In this document: positions 31,539 to 42,970 of the stretch, piece after piece | Numbering within the stretch: position 1 is the first letter of the stretch | Layout of the letters: the number at the start of each line of letters is the position of its first letter | NCBI GenBank assembly: GCA_051003155.1 | Contig: JBPCLO010000048.1 | Span: 12,635 to 76,634 of the forward strand | Length of the DNA: 64,000 bases | Direction of reading: 5' to 3' | Origin: Fimbriimonadales bacterium | GTDB taxonomy: Bacteria; Armatimonadota; Fimbriimonadia; Fimbriimonadales; ATM1 | The notes under the pieces: generated by a model | What the model was told of the DNA's origin: nothing | What the model saw: the letters and a program-made list of their open reading frames with translations, nothing else | Databases searched by the model: none | Position numbers and translations under genes: made by a program

Positions 31539-33101
31539 ATGCGTAGTAATAGCACCGTTTTCCCGTTTCTTGCGCTTGGACTGGCAGCGTTGCCGGTGCA
31601 GTCGCAACTAACCGACCTCGGAACGCTTGGAGGCCCCGAGAGCAGCGCCTTCGCTGTAAACAATCTCGGCCATGTCGTGGGAAGGACCGACATCGGCGGG
31701 GATATTCACCGCGCATTTCTTTACATCGCCGGCACAATGACGGACATCGGCACGCTCGGCGGCGTGCACAGCGAGGCGTTCGCCATCAACACAATTGGGC
31801 AGATCACCGGCCGTTCGAATAACCCGACCGGCGAGTCGCACGCTTTCCTCTACACCGCCGGCAAGTTCATTGACTTGGGCGACTTCGGGGGTTCCTCGAG
31901 CGGTGGCAAAGACCTGAACGAGTCCGGCCATGTGACCGGCTATGCGCATGTCCCGGGTAATGAGCTTCACCGCGCATTCCTTTATCGCGACGGGGTTACC
32001 ATGAACCTCGGAACCCTTGGTGGCGACTATAGCGACGCTGAAGACATAAACAATCAAGACCAAGTAGTTGGCCCCGCCAGAACACCCGATGGTTTTTCGC
32101 ATGCGTTCTTATGGACGGGCAGGACTATGTTCGACTTGGGAACCTTGGGCGGCGACTCGAGCGTCGCCTATGCAGTCAATGAGCATGGCCAGGTCGTTGG
32201 TTTCGCCCATGATGCGACCGGAACTTCCATCGCATTTCTATACACCGATGGGGTCATGATGAACTTGGGCACCTTGGGCGGCGCCGACAGCGACGCGTAT
32301 GCGATAAACGACGCCGGCCAGGTGGCCGGTACGGCTCAAACATCGGCCGGCACATATCATGCCTTCCTTTACGAAGATGGCGAGATGATAGACCTCGGCA
32401 CCTTCGGCGGAAACCGGAGCGAAGCCAGAGTGATTTCCCCGGACGGCGATGTGTACGGATGGGCACGAACCAGCGAAGGCGACTTTCACCTATTCCGCTA
32501 CGAAGACGGCCAAATGAAAGATCGTGGCAGCCTCGGCGGAGCTGAACTCACCGTCGAAGGGATGAGTCCCAACGCGCGCTATGTCGTTGGCAAGGGGATG
32601 ACCCCGGCCGGCCTCTTCCACGGATATCTGTATGATTCATTCTCGATCGCCCCAGAAACCTTGATCATGTACCGTGGCTCCATCGTCTCAGGCAACCTCG
32701 CTTCGCTGATCAACAGTGACAATGTCAGGCTCGTTGTAAAACCGGGCTTCGTCTTCTCCACATTCGAGCCTCCGATCCAGGTCATCGTCAACGCTACGTC
32801 GCCGTCCGCCTCTCCAACGAGCCTAAGCTTCTCGGTCGAGTCGCATGCGAGCATCGCGAACGCCCAGCAGAAGGTTTCCCTCTACAATTTCGTCACTCAG
32901 TCCTTCGAGGTATTGGATACGCGAATGGCGACGACGAGCGACAGCATCGTCCAGGTGAATGTGAATAGCAATACGTCTCGGTTTGTGCAACCCGGCTCGC
33001 TCCTAATTACGGCTCGTATGAGCTACAAGGCGCTCGGAACCGTGTTCGGTTATCCTTGGCACGCCCGAATCGACCAGACGAAATGGATCATCCCGCAGTA
33101 A
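31539..33101 (+). CDS. Secreted HAF-repeat protein with shared C-terminal domain
   Basis: Multiple DLGTLGG..S.A..IN..GQVVG...HAFLY repeats; signal peptide. Confidence 0.92.
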   Translation: MRSNSTVFPFLALGLAALPVQSQLTDLGTLGGPESSAFAVNNLGHVVGRTDIGGDIHRAFLYIAGTMTDIGTLGGVHSEAFAINTIGQITGRSNNPTGESHAFLYTAGKFIDLGDFGGSSSGGKDLNESGHVTGYAHVPGNELHRAFLYRDGVTMNLGTLGGDYSDAEDINNQDQVVGPARTPDGFSHAFLWTGRTMFDLGTLGGDSSVAYAVNEHGQVVGFAHDATGTSIAFLYTDGVMMNLGTLGGADSDAYAINDAGQVAGTAQTSAGTYHAFLYEDGEMIDLGTFGGNRSEARVISPDGDVYGWARTSEGDFHLFRYEDGQMKDRGSLGGAELTVEGMSPNARYVVGKGMTPAGLFHGYLYDSFSIAPETLIMYRGSIVSGNLASLINSDNVRLVVKPGFVFSTFEPPIQVIVNATSPSASPTSLSFSVESHASIANAQQKVSLYNFVTQSFEVLDTRMATTSDSIVQVNVNSNTSRFVQPGSLLITARMSYKALGTVFGYPWHARIDQTKWIIPQ

Positions 33102-33111
33102 TGGATTTCGC

Positions 33112-35223
<2,112 letters not shown>

Positions 35224-35377
35224 AATTTGGTTCTCTATCAGGCAAAAACCCCAACACAAACGGAAGGGGTTCGACTTATCGCCTCGACGCACGAGGCGAC
35301 GGCTCGTTTAGCGAATGTGCAGCTTTCGCGCCTTTCGCCCTCCTTCCTGGTTGTGTTCAATCAGTGCCAACGTGTTT

Positions 35378-35407
35378 ATCTTAGCGTATGGACGGGTATA
35401 TGGTCAA
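35378..35407 (-). promoter_or_regulatory. sigma70-like promoter for fusA
   Basis: TTGACC-18 nt-TAAGAT on minus strand. Confidence 0.6.
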
Positions 35408-35432
35408 GTGGACCGGGCGTTTGTTGGGGGAG

Positions 35433-35470
35433 CGACTGCCGACTGACGATTGCCGACTGACGACTGCCGA
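35433..35470. repeat. Heptamer tandem repeat (cgactgc/cgactga) x5.4
   Basis: cgactgc cgactga cgattgc cgactga cgactgc cga. Confidence 0.85.
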
Positions 35471-35591
35471 GGATAAGACTGGAAACCGGAGACGGGGAGA
35501 GCGGGCTCGGTTCCGGTTCCTCCGCCGGCACGGAGACTCCTAAATCGACGCCGGTGTGGTTGCCAGGGAAGCTAGGAGGGGCGGTCGAGAG

Positions 35592-35636
35592 GCGGCATCA
35601 CGACACCTTGTATATTGGGGTTGTGACGTGATGACG
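35592..35636 (-). repeat. 45-bp palindromic element, copy 2 (inverted)
   Basis: Reverse complement cgtcatcacgtcaca-N13-aggtgtcgtgatgccgc. Confidence 0.8.
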
Positions 35637-35694
35637 GTCAGGCGCGGGTACGAAACCGATGGAGAGCGAAGCTTTAGCTAGCCAAACCGTCGAG

Positions 35695-36444
35695 TCAACT
35701 AGGACCGGGCAAAACGTAACAACACTGCTCGGCTATCTCCTGAAAGCCGAGCTTCGCGTAGACGGCCATCGCAGCATCGTCGGCAGCCGTCAGCCAAGCG
35801 TACTGCCCGCCTGCATCGAAGAAATCCTCTAGCAACCTCGCCGTAACGGCAGAAGCGATTCCTCGACGGCGGAACGCAGGCAGGGTCGCGACCGAGACGA
35901 TCTCGCGCACTTTATCGGTGCCGACAGCGCGGCCGACGCCCGCGACCTCGCCATCGACGGTCGCGTACGCCGCCGATGAGCTTCCCCGCGCCAGGGATTC
36001 CCGAATGGCTTCCTCGCGGGCGGGATCGGGGTCCCCCGGCGCCTCGAACACTTGGTGCCCAACGCGGTTGACCGCCGCGGCGCTGTCAGGCCCCGCCAAT
36101 TCGACATCGATGGCCGTTGGATATCCTTGCCATGAGCCGTTGGACATCAACATAGCGGGCTGAGTCTCCTTGAGAACGAAACCGAAATCCTCGAGCTGCT
36201 TCGGCACGTGAGGCCACAGTTGCGTGAAGAACTCGAGCCTTGGCTGCCTCTCGTAGGATCGGAAGACGCCGATCATCTCTTCGATGTCGCCCGGCGCCGG
36301 GTCCTCGACGGGAACGGCATCGTTGAGCCAGGCGAGCGTCTCGGTCGGGCTGATCGAAATTGAGAACCCACCGGCCCGCACCGATATCCGCCGCGTATTC
36401 GATGTGTTGATGCTGTCCTGCAACATTCGGAGGAGCGGCTTCAT
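35695..36444 (-). CDS. GNAT family N-acetyltransferase
   Basis: VATLPAFRRRGIAS motif A; YAKLGF. Confidence 0.88.
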   Translation of the reverse strand: MKPLLRMLQDSINTSNTRRISVRAGGFSISISPTETLAWLNDAVPVEDPAPGDIEEMIGVFRSYERQPRLEFFTQLWPHVPKQLEDFGFVLKETQPAMLMSNGSWQGYPTAIDVELAGPDSAAAVNRVGHQVFEAPGDPDPAREEAIRESLARGSSSAAYATVDGEVAGVGRAVGTDKVREIVSVATLPAFRRRGIASAVTARLLEDFFDAGGQYAWLTAADDAAMAVYAKLGFQEIAEQCCYVLPGPS

Positions 36445-36546
36445 GCGAACAAAGTCTACACGCCAACCCGGCGGTTGAGCGTCCTCGAGAGACCAAGTGA
36501 CATCGCAGGCATCAGGCAATCGTCTAAAATAGGGCGTTAGCCTTCA

Positions 36547-38694
36547 ATGAACGTTATTAAACGGGAAGACCTGATCTCCGCAGCCCCGATTTCTATTCCA
36601 CGCGAAGCCGAGACCATCGGGTGCGGGGGGTTGCGCGTGTCGAAGCGCGGGGTTTGGCGGGCGGCGGTGCTCATCGGCGTCCACGTGCTGATCATCGCGC
36701 ACATCGTCCACTGGAAGCTCGCCGGCAAGACGGTATCGCCGGTGGAGCCCAGCGAGGCGATGCAGACGCTCGAACTGGGCTATGTAAACGCGGGGTTCAT
36801 CCTGTTCATCGGGCTCATCCTGAGCACGCTCGTCTTCGGACGGTTCTTTTGCGGCTGGGGCTGCCACGTCGTGGCGCTCCAAGACGTTTGCGGATGGCTG
36901 ATGAAGAAGGCGGGGGTCAAGCCCAAGCCGTTCCGCTCGCGGCTGCTGGTGTTCGTCCCGCTCTTTGCGGCGTTCTATATGTTCCTGTGGCCGACGATCG
37001 TGCGCTGGCTCGATGGCCGGGCGTTTCCAGGTCTGAGCAACCACCTGCAGACCGAGAACTTTTGGGCCACCTTCCCCGGCCCCGGCATCGCGCTGCTCAC
37101 GTTCGGAATATGCGGTTTCCTGATCGTTTATCTCTTGGGGAACAAGGGCTTCTGCACCTACGGCTGCCCGTACGGCGCTATCTTTTATCACGCCGACCGC
37201 GTCGCCCCCGGCAAGATCCGTGTGACGGACGCTTGTGAAGGCTGCGGGCACTGCACCGCGACCTGCACCTCGAATGTCCGCGTCCACGAAGAGGTAAAGC
37301 GCTACGGCATGGTCGTCGACCCGGGGTGCATGAAGTGCATGGACTGCGTGAGCGTTTGCCCGAAGAATGCGCTGTATTACGGCTTCGGCAAGCCGTCGCT
37401 TGCTCAGAAAGGGATCGAGGCGAAGCGCGCCCCGGGTTTGGAACGAGCGGCGCGCATGTACGACTTTTCGCTTTCCGAAGAGATCGCCATGGCGGCACTG
37501 TTCGCGCTCGCGTTCTATGCCTTTCGCGGCTTGTACGACTCGGTGCCGTTTCTGCTGGCGATCGGGCTGAGCTCCGTCACGGCGTTTCTCATCGTCATGG
37601 CGGCACGGCTGCTCTACACGCCTTCATTCCGGCTTCAGCACAAGCAGCTGCGGATCAGCGGCGCGACGACTCCCGCCGGTTGCGCGCTTCTTGGAGTGGC
37701 AGGGTTGTTGATCGTTTTTGCCGGCCACTCGGGTGTCTGGCAGTTTCACTACCACGAGGGAAACCGCCTCTATGCGCAAGCGGAGTCGGCAAAGTCACCG
37801 GAAAGCGCGGAGGAGTCGACGAAGGCAGCGATGGAGCATTTCGGCTGGTGTCGGTCGAGCGGATTCTTCCCTGTCGCGAACTTGGAGGCGTCGCTTGGCT
37901 CTGGGTTTGCCTTTCTGGGAGACCTCGAGAAGGGCGAGCAGCACCTGAGACGAGCGATCGAACTTGGACCCGATCTTGCGGGAGCGCGGTACCAGCTCGC
38001 GAGAACTCTGGCGGCTCGCGGCAAACAGAATGAGGCGATAGCGCAGCTCAGAACAGCCGTCGAGTCCGATCCGGGACGGGTCGCCGCGAGGCGAGATCTT
38101 GCGCTCGCGCTCTCCGCTTCGGGCAAGCACGTCGAAGCTCTCCGCTTTTTCGAAGGCCCTCTTAAGATTGCGCCGAGAGACGCCGATCTGAGGCTGGCCT
38201 ATGCAGCGTCGCTCGCAGAATCCGGCAAGCCGGCGGAGGCGGAAACGCAATTGCGAAAGGTGATGACCGATCATCCGCAATCCGCACAAGTTCGCTTCGC
38301 CCTAGGCGAGATTTTGCTGAGGCGGGGAAAAACCAGCGAGGCGGCCGCCGCGTTTGCCGATGCCACCCGGCTAAACCCGGAGGCAATCGAGTCGTATGTC
38401 GCGCTGGCGCGACTCGATTCACGGCGCAAGAACCATTCTGCATCGGCCCGGCGCTACGAGGCTGCGCTGGGGATTGCTCCGTTCGACCGCAACCTCTTGA
38501 ACGCATGGGCGGTCGAACTGAAGAAATCGAACCAGATCGACGCCGCGATAAAGAAGCTGGTGCGCTCACATCCCGACGACGAAGCATCCTGGTACCGCGC
38601 CGCGCTGCTTTACAAGGCGAAAGGTAACCTGATTACTGCAAAGAGCCTTTATCGCCGCCTGGCGATGCGGAATCCCAACCTGCCGCCCCTATAG
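36547..38694 (+). CDS. Membrane polyferredoxin (NapH/CcoG-like 4Fe-4S binding) fused to TPR repeats
   Basis: GRFFCGWGC, FCTYGCPYG, two CxxCxxCxxxC motifs, TM segments, C-terminal TPR-like helices. Confidence 0.82.
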   Translation: MNVIKREDLISAAPISIPREAETIGCGGLRVSKRGVWRAAVLIGVHVLIIAHIVHWKLAGKTVSPVEPSEAMQTLELGYVNAGFILFIGLILSTLVFGRFFCGWGCHVVALQDVCGWLMKKAGVKPKPFRSRLLVFVPLFAAFYMFLWPTIVRWLDGRAFPGLSNHLQTENFWATFPGPGIALLTFGICGFLIVYLLGNKGFCTYGCPYGAIFYHADRVAPGKIRVTDACEGCGHCTATCTSNVRVHEEVKRYGMVVDPGCMKCMDCVSVCPKNALYYGFGKPSLAQKGIEAKRAPGLERAARMYDFSLSEEIAMAALFALAFYAFRGLYDSVPFLLAIGLSSVTAFLIVMAARLLYTPSFRLQHKQLRISGATTPAGCALLGVAGLLIVFAGHSGVWQFHYHEGNRLYAQAESAKSPESAEESTKAAMEHFGWCRSSGFFPVANLEASLGSGFAFLGDLEKGEQHLRRAIELGPDLAGARYQLARTLAARGKQNEAIAQLRTAVESDPGRVAARRDLALALSASGKHVEALRFFEGPLKIAPRDADLRLAYAASLAESGKPAEAETQLRKVMTDHPQSAQVRFALGEILLRRGKTSEAAAAFADATRLNPEAIESYVALARLDSRRKNHSASARRYEAALGIAPFDRNLLNAWAVELKKSNQIDAAIKKLVRSHPDDEASWYRAALLYKAKGNLITAKSLYRRLAMRNPNLPPL

Positions 38695-38708
38695 GGAGTA
38701 CATAAGTT

Positions 38709-38941
38709 ATGTCTCAATACTGTCATTCGTGTGCAGTTTCGCTCGTCATCCGGATTTCAAGGGCGAATCCGACATCTGCTGCAAGTATTGCGTCGACGCG
38801 GCAGGCAATCTCGAATCGCGCTAAGCCGTTCAGAAGGGGATCACGAGTTGGTTCATGACATGGCAGCCAAACCTGAGCGAGACGACCGCACACGAACGAG
38901 CGGCGACCTACATGAGTTCCCTTCCCGCCTGGGCTGAGTAG
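38709..38941 (+). pseudogene. Putative zinc-ribbon domain small protein, disrupted
   Basis: MSQYCHSC... frameshift ...CKYC...R*AVQ...MSSLPAWAE; in-frame TAA at 38822. Confidence 0.65.
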
Positions 38942-38967
38942 TTAGTTATACTTGCAGGCTACAGCCC

Positions 38968-39624
38968 ATGAGTGACCACGAGTACCCTGGGTTCTGGTCG
39001 CTCGTGCGCTCGGACCTCGACAGTTATCTACAACGAAAGACCGGCGCGTCGCCTTTGGCGATTTGGTTCAAGTACTGGGGGGTCGCTTATGAGCATCCCG
39101 GTTCGGTGGCTCTGCTGGCAAACCGCGCCGCCTCCGTTTTGAGGAATGGGAAGCCCGACCCGATCACTCGATTCTGCTTCCGCGTTTGGGCGGTTTTGCT
39201 TCGTATCTCAGCGACGATCCTCGGGGGATCCTGGATAAGCGGAGATGCCCAAATCGGCAAAGGCGCAAGGCACATGCACCAGGGTGGCGTGATCGTAAAC
39301 GGCGCCACGGAGATCGGCGACTATTGTGATATTTGGCAAGGCGTCAACCTCATCGCCGACCAGACGCTAAAGGCGCCGAAGATCGGCAACTGGGTGACTC
39401 TGGGCGCAAACTGCATGGTTATCGGCGGCGTGGAGGTCGGCGATTTCGCGGTGATTGGCGCAGGAGCGGTGGTCACCAAGAACGTGCCTGCCGGGGGCGT
39501 GGTTGTGGGTGTTCCTGGTCGCGTGGTCAAGCTTCTCGATTCTGCGCTCAGACCCGAACAGCTTCCCGAACGCGGCAACGTATCCACGGACGAGTACGAC
39601 GCATACGTGCGAGCCCTTCGTTAG
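38968..39624 (+). CDS. Serine O-acetyltransferase-like hexapeptide-repeat acyltransferase
   Basis: PKIGNWVTLGANCMVIGGVEVGDFAVIGAGAVVTKNVP..VVVGVPGRV. Confidence 0.8.
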   Translation: MSDHEYPGFWSLVRSDLDSYLQRKTGASPLAIWFKYWGVAYEHPGSVALLANRAASVLRNGKPDPITRFCFRVWAVLLRISATILGGSWISGDAQIGKGARHMHQGGVIVNGATEIGDYCDIWQGVNLIADQTLKAPKIGNWVTLGANCMVIGGVEVGDFAVIGAGAVVTKNVPAGGVVVGVPGRVVKLLDSALRPEQLPERGNVSTDEYDAYVRALR

Positions 39625-40742
39625 GAGGCGATGATTTCGACGTTTGCACGTGGGACGGTCACTTCCCTGCCGTCCTCGAGCATGGCCTTGAGGACGCGAA
39701 CCTCGGTGCCCGATTCCACAACTTGAAGCTCGGCGGGAAGGCCCGTCACTTTGCCAATCGCCCCGAAATACGGTTCCCGAATGATTCGGATCGGCGTGCC
39801 GTGCTCGAGCATCCCGCCCGCATCCTTTTTGGGCTCACCGGCGGGAGGGTTGTCGGATGGAACGATCACCTCTGGGCGGATAACCCCCGCGCGGATCTGT
39901 GTCGCACCGTTGACGCTTGCTTGCTTGCCCTCGAGGGATTGGAGCAGTTCGAAAGTTCGCTGAGCCATGGCAAGTTCGCCAAATCCTTCCGTAGCGATTA
40001 TCGTGAGCGGGATAGCCTCCTGGCCCGTGATGGCCACGCCTATGTCGTAGCCGAGATACTTCGTTAGGTCGACGTCTCGTATGGCTCCCGCGATCAGGCC
40101 GACCACGCCGATCTCCGCAGCACGCAGCATCGCCGCATAGCTAATGCCGGAACCACCAACGAGGATGCAGCCCCTGTGCTCGTCCTTGATATGGCCGGCG
40201 TCCAGGACTTCGGACGCCGAAGTGACGACCACTCGAATTTCGCCCTGCCGCTCGCCCCCGACGCCGAAAATTCCTTGGACCATGGCGCCGCGCGTCTCGA
40301 TGATTGCCCCTTCTTCGGGGAGGATATCGACGACCTTGCCGCGCATGTACGCCGTGATCTCGACCGGAATGGGTGCTTCCCGCACCAAGAGCGTGCCCGT
40401 GGCCTCCGACAGCGACTCCGCTGTACCGTCGTAGTCGCAGATGCAGATGCTCTTGAACATTCCGAAGATTCCTTTCGACTCTGCTAGCTGCTGGCCGGCC
40501 GTAACGGGGTCGCCGATCGCGATTTTCAGGAGGGAGGGAACATCCTTAGGCTCCACACCGAGCTTTTCGGCGATCTTGACGGCTTGGAGAACCCCTGGCA
40601 GTTCGGTCCGGGCTGCAACGGTTGCCGGCTCGACGGAATCACCGACTTGCACCAAAACCTGGCCCTTCAAGGGGAGACGACGAACTTTGTGAACGATCTG
40701 GTCGGCGCTGACGGTCAGGCCGGGCGTATAGGCTGATCCCAT
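39621..40742 (-). CDS. Conserved hypothetical protein (barrel-sandwich-hybrid-like repeats, C-terminal KOW-like motif)
   Basis: 373-aa ORF, AYTPGL N-terminus, VGDSVEP/IGDPVTAGQ motifs, RIIREPYFG. Confidence 0.75.
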   Translation of the reverse strand: MGSAYTPGLTVSADQIVHKVRRLPLKGQVLVQVGDSVEPATVAARTELPGVLQAVKIAEKLGVEPKDVPSLLKIAIGDPVTAGQQLAESKGIFGMFKSICICDYDGTAESLSEATGTLLVREAPIPVEITAYMRGKVVDILPEEGAIIETRGAMVQGIFGVGGERQGEIRVVVTSASEVLDAGHIKDEHRGCILVGGSGISYAAMLRAAEIGVVGLIAGAIRDVDLTKYLGYDIGVAITGQEAIPLTIIATEGFGELAMAQRTFELLQSLEGKQASVNGATQIRAGVIRPEVIVPSDNPPAGEPKKDAGGMLEHGTPIRIIREPYFGAIGKVTGLPAELQVVESGTEVRVLKAMLEDGREVTVPRANVEIIAS

Positions 40743-40861
40743 GGAAGTCTTAGTTTAGCATCCGGCGCCTACTCTGCAAGGAGCTTGACCGGACAAGCCG
40801 GACATGGTAAAACCCTCTACTCAAGATCGCACGTATTTATCTTTATTAGGAGGCAAGTTTT

Positions 40862-41299
40862 ATGAAACGTGTTTTAATCCTTTTCGCATTGACGACCATT
40901 GCGGTCGCGGCGTGGGCCATCGCCCATCGCGCCCGAGGAATCGGGGTCGTCGAAGGCGGCTCTTGGGCAGGCGCTCATTTCGATTTTTACGTGCAACAAC
41001 CGGAGAACCCCAACAGCCCGAACCGATTTTACTTTTGGGACCACGGCATGTTCATCGCTGTCGATATTTTCATCACCGACTTCGATTCCGAGATGCAATG
41101 GGGCCGTGCGACCGCACGCTTCAACGGTATGGGAACATATAACGGCACCGCAGCACAGGTTAGCGTCTTCGTTCTAGACGGCGGGCGGTCGCGGCCCGAC
41201 CGATTCACTATGGAATGCCGCGCCATGAACGGCCAGCTGATGCACAGCGCAAACGGTGTTCTGACCGAAGGCGACCTCACCGTTAGCCATCCTCGGTAG
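40862..41299 (+). CDS. Exported hypothetical protein
   Basis: AGGAGG RBS, signal peptide MKRVLILFALTTIAVAAWA. Confidence 0.75.
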   Translation: MKRVLILFALTTIAVAAWAIAHRARGIGVVEGGSWAGAHFDFYVQQPENPNSPNRFYFWDHGMFIAVDIFITDFDSEMQWGRATARFNGMGTYNGTAAQVSVFVLDGGRSRPDRFTMECRAMNGQLMHSANGVLTEGDLTVSHPR

Positions 41300-41323
41300 C
41301 CGGGCGGTAAACTGTAGGCAGTT

Positions 41324-42475
41324 ATGAAGCCGGGAGCCGTTCTTGCCGACGAATTGATGCCGATCTATCATAAGATCGCTGTCGGCGAGAGGCTTTCGTT
41401 CGATGACGGCGTTGCGCTTTACAGGTCCCGCAACCTAAGCGGTGTTGGCTATTTGGCGAATTTGGTGCGCGAAAGAAAGCACGGTGCACGGACTTTTTAC
41501 GTGCGGAACCAGCACATCAACTACACCAATATTTGCAACAAATTCTGCAAATTTTGTTCCTTTTACGCGAAAAAGGGTGGGCCACAGCCCTATGAGATGT
41601 CGATTCAAGAGGCGCGCCTGGCGCTGCGCCGCCATAAGCACATCCCAATCACAGAGGTCCATAGCGTTGGCGGAATCAATCCGCGCCTGCCCTATTCGTA
41701 TTATATGGATTTCCTTCGAGCGATCAAGGAAGAGCGGCCGGGCGTTCACGTCAAGGCCTTCACCGCCGTTGAGATCGTGGAGATCGCCCGTGTCGGTAAA
41801 ACTACCATTGAAGGAGCTTTGCGCGATTTAATTGAAGCTGGATTGGACTCCCTTCCCGGCGGCGGCATCGAAGTGCTCAGCGATCGGGTTCACGAGGAGT
41901 TGTTCGGGCGCAAGCTTCGTGGCGAGGAGTGGCTCGAAGTGGCGAGGGTTGCGGCTAAGCTCGGCCTGAAGCAATACGCTACGATGCTGTACGGCCATAT
42001 CGAAACCGACGAGGAGCGAGTGGACCACCTCATCCAGCTGCGTGAATTGCAAGACGAAACGGGCCATTTCCTGTGTTTCACGCCGCTGAGCTTCCATCCG
42101 GAGAACACGGAGCTGGCCGACATCCCTCATCCCTCCGGTGATGCTGATCTAAGAAACATTGCGGTTTCACGCTTAATGTTAGACAATTTCGAACATATCA
42201 AGAGCTTCTGGATCATGAACACCCCGGCAGTGACGCAGCTGGCGTTGTGGTGTGGCGCAGACGATACCGACGGCACGGTTTTGGAATACGAGATCACCTA
42301 TGAGGATGGGGCCTGGGGCAACAAGAGCCAATCACTCGATCCTGCCGGGATGATCCACATGATCCGTGAGGCGGGCCGGGAGCCTATCGAGCGGGATTCA
42401 CTCTATCATGAAGTGGTTCGCGATGAAGAGCCGGCCCGGCCTCGTCACCGCATCCCGCTACCGATGGCTCGCTGA
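41324..42475 (+). CDS. mqnE: Aminofutalosine synthase-like radical SAM enzyme (CofH/MqnC/MqnE family)
   Basis: HINYTNICNKFCKFC, HVKAFTAVEI, PGGGIE, ATMLYGHIET, RLMLDNF.HIK. Confidence 0.85.
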   Translation: MKPGAVLADELMPIYHKIAVGERLSFDDGVALYRSRNLSGVGYLANLVRERKHGARTFYVRNQHINYTNICNKFCKFCSFYAKKGGPQPYEMSIQEARLALRRHKHIPITEVHSVGGINPRLPYSYYMDFLRAIKEERPGVHVKAFTAVEIVEIARVGKTTIEGALRDLIEAGLDSLPGGGIEVLSDRVHEELFGRKLRGEEWLEVARVAAKLGLKQYATMLYGHIETDEERVDHLIQLRELQDETGHFLCFTPLSFHPENTELADIPHPSGDADLRNIAVSRLMLDNFEHIKSFWIMNTPAVTQLALWCGADDTDGTVLEYEITYEDGAWGNKSQSLDPAGMIHMIREAGREPIERDSLYHEVVRDEEPARPRHRIPLPMAR

Positions 42476-42498
42476 TCGCGCGCCATACTTGTCGTTTA

Positions 42499-42900
42499 AT
42501 GGAAGCGGTGACCAGATTCTGGACTGACGTTTGGTCTGAGGGCCGAGCCGAGTTGTTGCCGAGCCTTTTTGGACCGGGAGCCACCGAGAACGGAGAAATC
42601 CTCGACATCGACGCGTTTCAACAAGCCGTGCATCGATGGAGGTCGATCTTTCCCGACTTCAAGGCCGAAATTGATGAATTCCTGCCCGCCGGGGATGGGC
42701 GCGTGGTTACCCGGGTGACATACACCGGCACGCAGACTCGCCCATGGGCTGGGCTGCCTGCGACGGGAAAGACGATGCGTGTGATTGGCATAGACATCTT
42801 TCGAGTCGTAGACGGCCGCATCATCGAGTTGTGGCACTCGACCGATCATTTGGAAGCGGCAATTCAGTTGGGCGGGCGTCTCACCCCCGTAGACGGATGA
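42499..42900 (+). CDS. SnoaL-like ester cyclase family protein
   Basis: FPDF...VVTRVTYTGT...GLPATGK...GIDIFRVVDGRIIELW. Confidence 0.85.
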   Translation: MEAVTRFWTDVWSEGRAELLPSLFGPGATENGEILDIDAFQQAVHRWRSIFPDFKAEIDEFLPAGDGRVVTRVTYTGTQTRPWAGLPATGKTMRVIGIDIFRVVDGRIIELWHSTDHLEAAIQLGGRLTPVDG

Positions 42901-42946
42901 GATTCCGCGGATTAATTTCGGCAGACAATACAACTGTACGTACGTC

Positions 42947-42963
42947 TACCTGATCATCAGGTA
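42947..42963. promoter_or_regulatory. Perfect 17-bp palindrome upstream of uvrA (candidate operator)
   Basis: tacctgat-c-atcaggta ending 7 nt before ATG. Confidence 0.45.
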
Positions 42964-42970
42964 AAATAAG

